The translations under genes were made by a program, and so were the position numbers. DNA of 64,000 bases, from contig CM120645.1 of assembly GCA_051362555.1 (NCBI GenBank), forward strand, positions 14,074,001 to 14,138,000, in the 5' to 3' direction. Shown here one piece after another: positions 1 to 13,820 of the stretch. How positions within the stretch are numbered: the stretch's first letter is position 1; each line of letters opens with the position of its first letter. A model generated the notes under the pieces. It worked only from the letters and a program-made list of their open reading frames with translations, was not told where the DNA came from and made no database searches. This DNA is from Lingula anatina. Taxonomy: Eukaryota; Animalia; Brachiopoda.

Positions 1-1452
1 CTTATAGAAATAGTAATAGTAATAAAAAATTTAAAAAATAATATATTAATGTAATGGAACCCCCACAGTTAAAGCAAAAGTTTGATCCAATATTCTTTAT
101 ATATAATATTTGATGTGAGTATTTGGCAGTATATAATAGTAACATTATTTCCTGGATTTGGTAGTAGTGGCCCATTCCAGAATTATACTGGATCCATTAT
201 CGTTTGTTTTAAATAGAGACATGTCACAGTTATAATCACTGGGCCACATAAGATTCCCCTTTGCACTTGTATAATTAAAAAAAACTGTCACAAGTGTTGC
301 ATTATGACAAAATTAACCTGCTCTTATGCCCAAATGGTATTATTTTGAAGTGCTTTTTATCTGCAGCCTCTGAAAATCAAGAAAAAGATACTATTAGTTA
401 TTAGCATTAAACATCAAACCAAAGGGACAACACAGTGACAGTTCCAGACAGACAGGTGGGAAAACATGACCCCATCTATTTTGGAAGGTACAAGAATCCA
501 GGAATTTTAAGTGTCAAAAACTGTAAGATCCTTTAAGGCTTTTTCTGGGCATAGTAAACTTTAAAGCAATCAAATGAATTAAATTCATAAATTTAAATGT
601 TAATGCATGTCTTGAAAATAAATATGAATACACATTACGTTAGAAATTATACAAGCTAGAATTACATTTTTTTTTTGTATTTTAAATCTAATATCCAACT
701 CTTACTTATACATAAATATCATAATTATCATTATCATTTTTTAACAAAAATAAATTCCATATTCATACCAATATTTCTTAAAACCAGAATGGCCACATTT
801 AGCCTATTATAAAGTCTGGCTGGCAGATCTTTGGTGTTTTGCCCAATCCATATACCAACAGGTGCTCCACTGCCTGAATAAAAATGAATAATGATAACAA
901 AATTTCTATTGATATACCAGGTAAAAAGGAAAATCCCTACACAATGGTTTAATGTTTATATACAAATATGTCTATATACAAAGTTAATTTTGTTGTTCAA
1001 TAATTTATGGGTAACTGTCTGTGCTGTTCGTAAAATGTTAATAAATTCACATTGGGTGTGTATACTTTTGCTCTGTGTTTATGTACATGGTCTGGTCATA
1101 TTGAATAATGTTTAACCCTTGCTCGGGATCTAAGTAATAAAGTATAAAAATTATTTTCATTGGCCTACAAATGTTTCTCTTGGGGACTCTTTAGAGGTGT
1201 ACAAGTTTAGAACTTATACTGAAATGTGTGCTTCCTAGGTAACATAACTCACATGTATACACCTCAGCCGACAAGTGTAGCCATCTACATGTAGTTGTTT
1301 TTCATGGCCAATGGTGACAAACTGGCACCCGATTATTTACTCCTGAAGAAGTTGCTGAAAATATATTACGAGAAAAATTATACCTTTCAACCAAATCATA
1401 ATATTGAATTGTCTGCATCTTGCACATATAATTAACATAATTTATATAAACA

Positions 1453-1600
1453 CAGGGGCAGATTAAAGATTTAGACCGTCTTCAGCTTACATAATTGGTG
1501 GGTATCTAATTTTTTCTGTTGGAAGACGGTCCAAAAAATAAAAGATGGATTGACAAAGATAATTTGGAAGACTCAGAAAATATCTCTGGATCCGCCCCCG
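1453..1600. mobile_element. Non-autonomous DNA element of the CAG(G/T)GGCGGAT...GGATCCGCCCCTG family (other copies 7691-7966, 8241-8369, 15640-15900, 52822-53066)
   Basis: Short inverted termini (caggggcagat / gatccgcccc) recur in at least 5 places. Internal sequence is shared among the 7691, 15640 and 52822 copies (tagctgaatcatagttctaaa). Flanking 5-6 bp duplications at some copies, e.g. gttat at 8241 and aaacc at 52822. Confidence 0.65.
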
Positions 1601-1611
1601 TAAACCTTTTA

Positions 1612-1613
<2 letters not shown>

Positions 1614-1680
<67 letters not shown>
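1614..1680. repeat. (TA)n microsatellite (others at ~6984-7022, 16594-16640, 29071-29109)
   Basis: Directly visible dinucleotide runs. Confidence 0.97.
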
Positions 1681-1686
<6 letters not shown>

Positions 1687-4600
1687 TTTTTTTTTACATG
1701 ACGAGACTACCCCCAGTTTCTTGTGATAATGTTCTATTCTTGGCCAGTCTCTCAAAGGGAATTGACATAGGTGAATTTACCCTCCTTTCTTCCACAATAC
1801 TAAGTACAATAGACACAACTAAAAAAATAATAAGCCCTAGTCAGTTCAATATGTCTTCACGTTTCACAAAATACAAAAATTGGTGTTGGGTGGAGAATAA
1901 GTCAAATGTCAGATCTAATACAGAGTACTAAAATTCTCCAAATTATGTCTTTTAACTTGTTTTAATATACAAATAAATGTAGCGATTTTTTTTATTAAAA
2001 CAGGATAATTAAAAATTATATAGATTTGTTACTGCCTTATGTCAAGCATATCTTATAGCAGAGTTACAGTTATTGAAGAGATAATTAACTGCCTACATTT
2101 AATTTAGTAAAATCAATTCAAATACAAAATTTAAATCTAAGAGTCCCATATAATGGATTGAATACTTACCAAGACAGCACAGTACATGTCCTCATCTAAT
2201 GCAAACTCTGACACATATAATATTCTCAGGTCTTTTTATATCACTGACAGAGAAAAAATGAAAATCACAAGCAAGTGGAATTTAATTCAAATTAATCTAT
2301 TTATTGCAATTTGGGATAGAAAACAATTGTACTAACTAAATGCCACCAAACCTATACGTGTATGAAAAAAAAAGAAAATGTAGAGAAAGAAAAGTATTGA
2401 GAATAATGTTTTTTTTTTAAACATAAATAAGGAAGGTAACCTTTTTTAATAACTACTACATATATATCAATGCATTTTAAAAAGTGCCAGTACATTTAAA
2501 GGTGGTTATATAAAATTCAATTTTTTTCATTATACAGATATTTGAGGTTTAATTTATAACACCTATCACAAAAAACAGTGCAATGTTCTTTGAGACATTA
2601 TGAAAAGGAGAAAAAATTAAGTCAAAAGAAATATTTATGTATGATGGCTAAAAAATTATTGATTTTTTTTTCTTTAAAGCATATTCATTTACCTATTCAA
2701 AGAGAATATGGCTAACCTTAGAAAAATAAGCCATGCCTTCATAATATACAATCCTGGACATTACATGAAGGCTCACATGGAATGAAACACCTGTAAAAAG
2801 AACAATTTAAATGATGATGTTTCTACCTCATATGACCAAAGCATTCATTTTCTTTTAAAGATCTTGGAAACATCTTGACAGCTTTAAAGTTATAATATGT
2901 ATTATTCAAACACGTAAACATAATAAATTTAAATAGCGACCTTCATTGCTGTCATATCAAGTTTACCGCTATTTTCAGCTTAATATGTCTACGTCATCAT
3001 TTTGTGAATGGGAATACAGCGCACCAAGTGGTATGAAAAATAACTAGTTTTCACACGAAGCCCTCTATTGGCAAAATCCTCTAGCCCATCTTAGAATACG
3101 ACTTCCCTCTCACACACATACCCTGACCACATATACCTGACTTTACTGTATGTATGCCCTAGAGAGAGCAAAAGTTTTGAACACTATGAATTAAATCTGT
3201 TATCCATAAGAGGCAGTCAATGTACCAGTACAATAGTATGTACAATGGAAAGAGTAGAAACATAGGTAGGTGAGTGCACATGGTGATTTTATTGTTTCCA
3301 CACTATGAAATTCTGACCACAGGCCACCATATGCAGTTGTTTTAAGGGTACAAATGAACACGGAACAGGTAGTTTGTTTTTAAGTTGATTGATTATCTAG
3401 TGCTAGAAGCCTGTGTATTTGCTGATTAATGCCTAGAGAACTGAATTGATTTTTACCCAGAGTTTAAAGATGTGATTATCTTGTATTCCCCATTGAGCTT
3501 AACTTTATTGGTTTCTCAAAGCACATATAATCAGATATATATAAGAGATGGAGAAAGAAAGAAAATATTTATATGTTTAGTTTGAAGTGTTTCAATTATT
3601 TAATCAATTCTGTCAAATTTAAATATATACTACTGGAAGATTATAAAGTTCAGATTTTTTTTGTTGGAATCAACAGAAGTCCTGTAGCCTGCAATTTTGA
3701 AAGAAGGTTCCCCATAGTCTTTTTTCAGTCTATAAAAGTGGATCTTTTTACCCCCTTAAGTTGATCCAACTTGAGAAATAACATACAGCTTTGTTCAAAT
3801 TTTGTGTCAAAATGGATTTTATCAAGCGAAAAAGGACAGTTCTTCCAGAACCAGCACACCAATCTCCTCCTATTGGCTATTTGTGTGTCATAGTACAGTG
3901 CAAGTCTCTGAAACAGCTGTCTTAAACCCCCTCTTGCGTAGCTCAGTGACAACTGCTTAACTGCTCACTTGTAGATAAAACTAAAACCGTGCTTTCAACA
4001 ATAACCACCTTAATTTATGAGAACGCATTTGATTAATGAGCCGTAGGATATTTCAAGGATTGAAACTTAGCTGCAAAGTACATTCATGTGTATCAAACGC
4101 AGATTTGATAAGAGAACAGAAAGGTTTTCTGATAAGATTTGAACGTACTTAGCAAACGTGAAGTGAGCTGGAGGCAGTAAAGATTATTGCGTCAGTGCAT
4201 CATATTCATTTGTCTGATATCTTTAAGCGCTGACTGCTAATTAGGGCCATTATTGGGATAAACTCCCAGGCATACGATACAGTAAACCAGTCTGGACCAT
4301 TTGAATTATGCTACTCCAGTGTACTCACAATCAAGGTAAATATAAAACCATATACCATTACTATCAAGTGCAGGATAGCTTTTCAAGTCTGCAATGTATA
4401 TGACTAATGGTTACTATAATATGTGCATTTGCTAGCTGTGAAAAAGGTTTTTTATGGTCTCTAGATAAAATTATAAAACAGATTCAGGCATTCAGCTGCT
4501 AAATCACTGCATTTATGTAAAAAAAGATCTATAGATGGTGGATATGGCTCTCATTATTCAATTACCTCTAAGGCAGAAAAATAGCTGTTTTATCAATTTA

Positions 4601-5218
4601 CTTACTTATGGAATCATTAAAAATATATTTCTATGCAGTATTTTTAGTGTATAGAATAGAACTAAGGAGTCTGCTTTTCAATTGTGTTGCTACCACTCAA
4701 AAGGAATGTTCTAGTTTGAGGGACTTATTACTTTAAAAAAAAACATAGTTGTGTTTGTAAAATTCACAATTTCCCCCAGTTGAAATGATTGAGCCAAAAG
4801 CCATTCCTGTACAGTGAGCTGTTTGGAATTTCATAACTCAGAGTTTAATAATTTTTCTTTTAGAAATAATTTTACACATGCAGTAAGAATTTCGGAAATT
4901 TTCCTTATATTCTTATAACTACAATGAAATTTACATACATATGTCATTCACGAAGGCTTATGCTCAGGCACAGTTACAATTACAGGTACAGAGGTACTAG
5001 TATGTACTAAGGTCCGGCTCTTCCCCAAGGAAGAACTAAATACCCCAGTACCGGAACATATTAACATGTCCAGTGCTAAAAGTATATTAATTCTCAACAG
5101 TATTACTGCCCCTCCATGGATTTTACAAATAAAAGCCAATATATAACATGTACATGAGTACTGCAGGGTAAATTCTCAACATAATTTTGATTATTCGTGG
5201 ATGCTTGATGGTATGTAA

Positions 5219-5511
5219 GGCCCCATTCAGAATGGATGATCCCAGTACTCACTGATCCGCTGACTAAATATGGCCGGCCACAGATCAAAAGCAATGCTGC
5301 TGATTCCTAATGGTCTCCCCCACCACCACACGCACCGTTGCAATAGGGGCCTAGCAATTAAACCTCGGAGCAGGAATTTAATCCGTTTAAAGGTGCATGC
5401 ATGTAGAGTCTTGGAGACCATCAGGAATCATTGGCATTGCTTTGAACTGTGGTCAACCGTATTTAGTCTGTGGATCAGTAAGTACCCAGATCATCCATTC
5501 TGAATGGGACC
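5219..5511. mobile_element. Palindromic PIF/Harbinger (Tourist-like) MITE
   Basis: About 90-bp imperfect inverted arms (ggccccattcagaatggatgatc / gatcatccattctgaatgggacc) flanked by a TAA target-site duplication. Confidence 0.8.
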
Positions 5512-6644
5512 TAATACACCCTGAATTCCAGATAAAACTGTTTGATGGTCCAAGATAAATGGTAAAAAGTATATTGTACAATGTAGTTCTCTGATTACAG
5601 TAATTACTCGACCTTTTCAAAGGGGGTAAACTGTGAATTTAACAGATAATATTTTTAAGTCATTACATCTTAAAATTTGAACGTTCCCATTGAGTGGTAG
5701 AAAAACAAAATTAAAAAGCAGGCTACTCTATAGTTTGATTCTCTGCAGTAAAAACACCACAAATGCTGTATAGCAATATCATTTTTGTGATTAAAAAATT
5801 TATGTATCTGAGAGCCGATTGAAGAGATTGAGTAATTAACATACTTGAAACTCACCCTGAAATTCAGGGTGCCCTGTCTTGGTTATTGAGGAGAAATATC
5901 AATAAACTAAATTGAGCACATGGTGAGGTCCTCATAGGTGCGTGCTGAGGAAATTAAAATCAAGTTTAATTCCAAGACTCAAAATGAGTTCTGATTGCGT
6001 GTCTCATTCTGTTCTGCTCTCTTGCCAGGCATGCAATTCCTCCTATCAGTACATAACTTGTTTGATGTGCCTTAAGAACCATTCCCAATGAAAAAAATCA
6101 TTCTTCATAGATCAATCCTACTTTGGGGGAACTTTTGCTTAATGCAATCAAACTAACATATTAACACGCCTCCTCTTGTTCCAATGTACTTCTATAATCA
6201 CTAGCTTTTCTGTATTCTACTCAACACCAGGAGGCATGTTAATCTGATTGCATTCAGCAAGAGTTCCCATGGGTTTGGATAGATCTATGTGGAACGATAG
6301 TTTCATAGGGAATAAGCCCTTAGTTTGTATTTTTAACCAGACCAAGTTAGACTATAGAGTTTTATTGGTGGCATTTGGTCATTTGGTGACATATATACTG
6401 AGCTTAGTTACTTAGATCCCATGTTCACGCATCCACATACGTAATTGTAGTATTTACAGTCAGATACCCAGTATTGATGTCTGTTCACACAAGGAAATAA
6501 GTTACATTAGAGGTTCAGACTAATATGCATCATTTGACATCACAAAAGTTTATAATGGAGCAGGCTAGGGCCTTACACTGAGGCAAAGGGAGAGTCAGTG
6601 AAGTTTAAAAAAAAACTCAACTTATATACTGGATATATACAGGT

Positions 6645-6979
6645 AACTTCATTTTGGAAAAAAAAAATTTTCCTGGTGTAAAGGACAATTTTCCCATGCT
6701 TCTCAATGGTTAATGAATCCATTCCCACATTCAAAGTTAGTGCCTGGTTTTTTTTCTAAAAAGTTTGGCTTTTTGTAATATTCTGTTAAGAGATTATTTA
6801 TTACAGAGTGTAGCCATATGTGGAGGTCACATGATGTGATGGCAAGCACAAACTCAAGAATAAATTTGTGTTAACTGTCATTTTGGTGGTAAAATAGATT
6901 TTATATTAAATCTGTGAGTTTTTTGCAATGTATTTATAGTGAAATATGGATATCTTATGAACAGTTGTTATCCCTTTAA
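6645..6979 (+). mobile_element. Degenerate copy of the Kolobok-type MITE at 56899-57236
   Basis: Shares internal sequence (caattttcccat...ttaatgaatccatt...aagttagt...aaaagtttgg) and the right end gttgttatccctttaa. Confidence 0.75.
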
Positions 6980-6982
6980 CAA

Positions 6983-7024
<42 letters not shown>

Positions 7025-7107
7025 ATCATTTTGGTGGATCAGAGGTAAAGGCATCATTGACAAGCCTGCATATGAAGTTTTCTGTAGATCTGATAACATC
7101 AAACAAT

Positions 7108-7150
<43 letters not shown>

Positions 7151-7364
7151 TTCATTATCTTTTGTGGTGGCTTTGCAATACAGAAGTGGCGTGATTTTCT
7201 TTAATAACTTCTGACTAAAGACCTATGAAGATTGTGTCAATGGGATTTGCATGGTTTAATTCTGAATGTTGACTAAATACTTACTGATATAATAATATTT
7301 GGCACATACTGTTGTGAGTGTATGCCATTAACACCTCTATCAATATGCTGTCAGATGGGACTAA

Positions 7365-7660
7365 CACCCCATTTCCATAGAACTTTAGATTGATCTATCC
7401 CTGTGGGGAGTCTCACTAGATTACTGTCAGCTTGGCCGGCTTAAGCGTCTGTCCTGCCTACTAAAAGCTGTAAGGGGGTAATTAACTATGGTGCCCGCTC
7501 GGCTGCCTACAATTTAGAGTGAACCCCCAGGGAGTTAGGTCGATCTAAAACTTAATCTTTAGATCGATCTGAATCTCTGGGAAAGCACCCTAAGCTGACA
7601 GTAATCTAGTGAGACTCCCCATGGGGAAAGATCGATCTAAAATCTGTGGGAATGCAGTCT
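7365..7660. mobile_element. Harbinger-type MITE family A: one minus copy plus an adjoining partial plus copy
   Basis: Reverse complement of the 10163-10387 and 34470-34693 elements, followed by a second right end. Confidence 0.8.
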
Positions 7661-7870
7661 TACATGGTTTAATTCTGAATGTTGACTAAACAGTGGCAGA
7701 TTTAGAGGGGGGGATCCTACCCCCCACCCCTTTCAAATTCTGAAGAAAAATATCACACCAGTGGTCCGCTCTTAAAATTATAATTTTGACTAGCTGAATC
7801 ATAGTTCTAAAACTACCAAATGGCACCATTTGTCCTCTAAAATACCTTTTTTCCGGGTCCTTAAGCAGGG

Positions 7871-7908
<38 letters not shown>

Positions 7909-10162
7909 GGGAGGGTCAGCTTCACATCAGCGGACCACCCTTGAAATAATCCTGGATCTGCCCCTGCTACTTACAGATGTAATAATATTTGGCACATACT
8001 GTAGTGAGTGTATGCCATTAACACCTCTATCAATACGCTGTCAGATGGGACTTTGACTACTTACAGTTTAGGTTTTTTCATTTCCTGGCCAAGAAAGTGA
8101 AATGTTTACATACACCAGGGATTTTTGCAATTAGCTTTCAAGTAAAACTGCAGGTACTTGGTACAAGGCAGAGAGTGGTTCACAGCAGGTATAGTGTATG
8201 TCAGGTAGGCAATACTCATCATTGGGTATGACATGGTTATCAGGGGTGGATCCAGAGATATTTTCTGACAGGCTTCCGAATTATCTTTATTGATTCGTCC
8301 TCCACTTTTGACCATCTTTCGACAGAAAAAATCTGACCATCTTCCGGAAGACCCAGAAGACGGCCCCTGGTTATGTGGTACCAGTACCTTGAACAAGAAA
8401 TATTAGAGTTCCGTATTTGATTGTTAGAAAAAAACCTGGCACATTTACATGTTTGAAAGCAGGTTGAACCAAAATATTCAATTAAGCCACTATAAATAAG
8501 GATGGTAAATATACTGAAGGTAAATCCATATGTTACTATTTGCCCTATTATCTATTCATGGGTTTAATACACTAGTGAATTAAAATTTTGCTTTGAACTA
8601 CTCATTGCTTAATTTGTACTATTGTTATAGTACTAGTAAATGTTGTACCTTATATTATTTGTTATAACCTGAAAACAAATTAAGGCATGTCCATGTACGT
8701 TGTACCTCAGGGATTGCCTTTAATTATTGAATAAGATTCCAGAGGGCAGGTGAAGGGGGGAGAGGGAAGTGGTGGGGTAAAGCAAGGAGCCAGTTTGGCT
8801 ACTTGTATAAGAGAGGGGAGATAATAACCTATAATATCCAATTCAGATATTTCTGTGATAGTTTATAACATCCTTTGGATAATACGGTAAAAAAAAAAAA
8901 ACACTGAAGAAGAAGGTCACTGAATATATTGGCTTCATCAATTATCTAAACAACTTAGCAGCTGACTTGGAAAATATGTCAAGTCAATAATGTACAGTTA
9001 CCTGGCAATTGCATACGAATGAATACATGCATGAATGGGATGTAGTCAGTTACATGTAATGGAAACTGCTCCTTTAAATATAGATTTAGAACAGCTTAAC
9101 TTAAACAGCTTTCCAACAAAAGCATCCTTAGTAAATTGTTAAACCTGTATCCATTATATCTGAGATCTGCAGAGAATCTGACTACAGGAATTACGTTATA
9201 GTTAAGGCGTGGGTAATTTTATGAGAAGCAATTGATCTACTTAGATTGGGTTCCCATACTTAGATCGATCTAACAGGATCCATCCATCTCCGAGGGGTTT
9301 ATCACTATATTGCTTCCATTTTAAACAGCTTAGATGTCTGGCATGCCTACTGAAGCTGCTAAATGATAATTAATTCTCCCCAAGCAGCTTCAGTAGGCGT
9401 TACAGACATCTAAGCCAGTTAAATTGATTGCAATTTAGAGAGAATCCCCTTGGAGATAGATCAATCCACAGTTAGTACGACAGGGTCTGGGAATGATCCC
9501 TCAGTGTGCCAATTATACAACATATAAACTGTAGATATCCTTGTAAAAGTAATGGCATCTTATCCATTCTTTGTATAATCACTTATATAACCATTACGCT
9601 TTAGAATAATGCAATAGTCATTCATTAAAGACTAGCTAGCTGACATACTCTGGGGACTCTGACTGGTGCTAATGTTACAATGTTTGGGCAGACATCATGT
9701 CAATAAAGCTGCTTTACTATCAGAGACAGGGGAATTTTGTTTGCTGAACTTTTTTTGAGGGGTGGGGGGACTTTCTGTACATGTAGTTTAATTTGCAACA
9801 AAGGTGTTAAAGCATGAATGCACATTTTTAGCTCCAAATAATTAATGGTATGTGTACTACATGTAGTACCAGTATATTACACTATATAGTATTGTGCACA
9901 TATTTTATGTGAGTATATAGTGCACAAATATAAGTGCATGTGAGAGTAATTGTGTGCAGTGTGTGCATGGACACTTGCACAGTATGAGAGAAGGACTTTA
10001 CTAATAGCTAGCAGTGCATGCTTATGCAAACCCATAACTTTTAAAAGATTGGACATTCCTTTGAGTATAATTATATATAATAGTACCAGCAAAAACTAAT
10101 GGGTCATAACTTTTTAAAGAAGAGATTTATAGAAATATGTACAGTTGCTACTGTTACTCTTA

Positions 10163-10387
10163 GGGTGCATTCCCAGAGATTTAGATCGATCCAGAGATTT
10201 AGATTTAGATCGACCTAACTCCCTGGGTGTTAACGCTAAATTGCAGTCAGCGGAGCGCGCACCATAGTTAATTACCCCCTTACAGCTTTTAGTAGGCAGG
10301 ACAGACACTTGAGCTGGCTAAGCTGACAGTAATCTAGTGAGACTCCCCACAGGGATAGATCGATCTAAAATCTATGGGAATGGGGTC
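10163..10387 (+). mobile_element. Harbinger-type MITE family A
   Basis: Imperfect TIRs gggtgcattccc / gggaatggggtc with TTA TSD. Near-identical copy at 34470-34693; degenerate relatives at ~6075-6320, 9245-9500 and 53565-53705. Confidence 0.85.
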
Positions 10388-12780
10388 TTAGTACAGTATG
10401 CAGCTCTTGATAATCTTACTGGTATACTGTAATGTCTCCATTATAAAATCAATACCTTCAGCTTATTTCCGTCATTAGAGATTAAAGGCATAATTGCTTC
10501 CGTTAACACTCTTGGGATGATGAATACCACTTATTGTGTTAGTTAACATTGTATTGTCTTAAGTACTTAATGGCAGACTAAGTGGTAAAATAATCTAGTA
10601 GCCCCCCCTCCCCCCCCCCCCCCCCCAGCGACCCTGGATCAAATTGAGACACAGAGCTTATCTTTTCCAGACAAAAGCATTGTTTTTGCTACCCCCCCCC
10701 CCCTCAACTCCCCTCTCCTCTTACACCCTGTTTACGTGCATGGATTGTGAGCCTGACAGTGATTAGGCCTACAACTTTACAATGACTTTCCTCAGTGACT
10801 TTCTTTGGTGAAAGAGCATGTTAGTTTCCTAAATCAATTTGTTTGATTATTTTGGCAGAAGTTACTGATATTTTTATTTGTTAATATTGTCACAATGTTT
10901 TTTTTTCTATTAGGTTTCTGTTTATTTGTAGTTTTGCTGCCTAATTTTGGAATGCTTTAAATTTGGTGGAAACAAGCTGTTTTAATGATGGGCACTTATA
11001 TATACATGTAATAGCCCAGATATCTGATACACCAAAAGGATTTATCAGGTAGAAAAGGAGGTGGAGCAAAATTTTTCACTATACCCCACTATAGTTGCCT
11101 TCAAGAACTTGATTTGAAAATATACTGTAATTTGTAACCTTTTTTTTTTTCAAATCTGTCATTTAAATCAATGCTAAAAACACAGTTGTCAGACCTTAAA
11201 AGTCATCTTAGCTTTTTTGAATTTCAAATTATCTTTTTTAGTCAGTGGCTTGACCTGAAATTTTATTGATCTACCTGGTATAGATCTTGATCTCAACAGA
11301 TAATTATGGCAGTCCAGTCCATATGTTTATACTATATACTGGGGTAAAGAAACATCAACATGCATGCAGTAGGCCATCACAAGTGAAAATGTAGCTACAT
11401 TTATCTAGAATTGCAGCAATTAAGCACCCGCATAAGAGTACAGTACTGTTAACGGTCATTGTTGCATTTTTAATTTGAACAAATTACAAAGCACTCCATC
11501 TTTGATTTAGTATGAAATTACTGCACAGCATTTTGCTTAAATGTTTCTAGTAATCTTATAGCACCTAAAGACCTGGAACTAATGGACAAAAGCAGGAAAA
11601 GCTTTGGGATGATTAAACTGTCTATCCGGGCAGTTTTGAAAAGGTTAAGTTGCCCAGTGGCAGATACCGATTAATAATGATGCATTGTGGAGTTGATTGT
11701 AATTATATACTGATCAGTGTGAGTCATACATCTCATTAAGGATACGGTGTTTAAGCTTTTTTATGATATCAGTGTCTGGAAATGTCCTTAAATCATATTT
11801 TCTATGTTTACTTGTATTTCCTGCAAAGCTGAACTTATCTTTACCAATTCAGACCTTATACAACTGTAATTGATAAACCACTCCAATTTAAATAATTTAT
11901 TAAAAATTTTATTTTGTAAAACCCATACCTGATGTCAGTAATGCTTTCTGAAATGTTCGCAAAAACAATTAATAAGAATTACAATTGTGTTAATTATTTA
12001 TAAGGTCCCAGTCCATGTGAATGGCCTGGTAGATCAGCAATTCTTGAGCTGATTAGAAGCTGAAAATAGAAATGATTAAAAAAAAACATTACTTTCAGTT
12101 AAATTGGGTATCTGCAGGGATTTAATCATTTCTACATGTATTTTGATACCTCTCTTTGCTGAAGTTTTTTGTAGCTTATAGTCCTTAGCCATAAAAGAAA
12201 ATGAATGAATATAAATACATCATTTAATGTGTGAATGATGGAATGAATAGATAAATAAATGATACAATAAATTAATGAATAGATAAGGAGATAGATAAAT
12301 GAAAAGATGAATAAATAAATCTTATGTACAAGGTAGATATCTAAATGAATAAATATCACATTCGAGAAGGTAAACAGAACGAGTAATAAAAACTCAATCT
12401 CAAGATTCTAGAATGGAGACTCCTACAGGTCTAGCAGTTAATTAAACAGTTCATGTAGGAGTATCACAAGGTATTAGGGGCATACACAAAGGTTTATTTT
12501 CCTGTTGACATTTGCTGTGCACAGTTCTTCAAAATCAGATTACTCGAGCATTTAATAGGGTTTTTATGACTTACTTCAGACCTCACATTTTCTCAGCTAT
12601 GGGGTAATGAAACCCTCTTCCTGATGACAAATGAGCAATTCTTGCTGGTTTTATGACAATATATCATTGCTAGAAAAGCACTCACGCAGCTCAATACAAA
12701 ATTGATGCAGGTTAGTCAAACATCCAGACATTTACATTCCTGATAAATAAATCATCTCAGCGTTTCTCATTTGACTTCAG

Positions 12781-13785
12781 AATGTGGTGATAAAATGGAA
12801 AATTGATGACACAGAGACAGCCACTAGTGAACTAGCGCCTGATCCTCTTGGAGCTGATGGAGGCAGCATAGACTGTGAATCCGTATCAATCAAATCTAAT
12901 GGACAAAGCAAAGGGAAAGCTAGCAATATGATAAACAGCGACCAAGGTGCAAGATTGAAACAAGTCAATTCATCCAGGGATGCTGCAGTAATGAATGTCG
13001 GGGAAAACAATGCATTTAAGTCAGCGCCAGCTAGTGGCAGGTCGCAACCCGGTGAAAGATATCATCCTGAAAGCCAGTGCAGCGAGACTGGATTAAACGG
13101 CGTGTCAATAACATTACAGCATGACCAATTAGACCTGGGACATCAGGCAAAACATGCTGGCATGGGCAACAAAGCTGTCAAATGTGTTGAGAAGGAGTCG
13201 GATCCTGAATGTTTTACTGAGGAGGACTGTCAACAAGAAATGAATCGCGTAGCCTCTGGATTTGTTGCGGCGGTTCTTGCTGGGGCTGTTGCGGAGTACA
13301 TAGCACAGGAGTTTGAAGACAACCACAAGGCCAACCACATGGTAGTGGCAGCACAGGTAAACACACGTTTCACTTCTTTAGGGGTGTGATTTTTCTTTTT
13401 TTAATAATAATGTTTTTTTACCTGCACTAAGGATCAGGAGGTTATGTTTTCACTCTTGTTTGTCTGTCTGTTTGTTTGTCATCAACATAACTCAAAAAGT
13501 TATGGACCAATTTTGATGAAATTTTCAGGAACTGTCAGAAGTGGTCCAAGGAAGAGATGATTAGTTTTTGGTGGTGATCTGGATCAATAATCAATAATAA
13601 TCAAAAATTGCTGCCTTGGCGGAGGTCTGCGCTCTCAGAGTGCTTTTCTAGTTAACTTTGTTTTTATCCTTCTGGGATAATTGAACAGCATCTTCAATTT
13701 TCAGCCTCCCCCCCCCCCCCCCAAATCATACTCCTGCTTCCTAATTACTATTTACTATTTTAAAAAAATTAAAAATTTGTACTAT

Positions 13786-13820
<35 letters not shown>

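Noticed and set aside
1519-1701. Short ORFs with IYIYIY, FIYL, poly-P, poly-K or CVCV runs (also 6939, 7686, 16469, 35902, 51565, 59271)
   Set aside because: Translations of microsatellites and homopolymer runs.
4170-4336. Upstream coding exon for the AKAP-like gene (ATG...CAAG|gtaaat)
   Set aside because: It ends in phase 1 while the 12781 exon needs phase 0, so splicing would stop within a few codons. It could only be a 5'UTR exon, which I cannot support.
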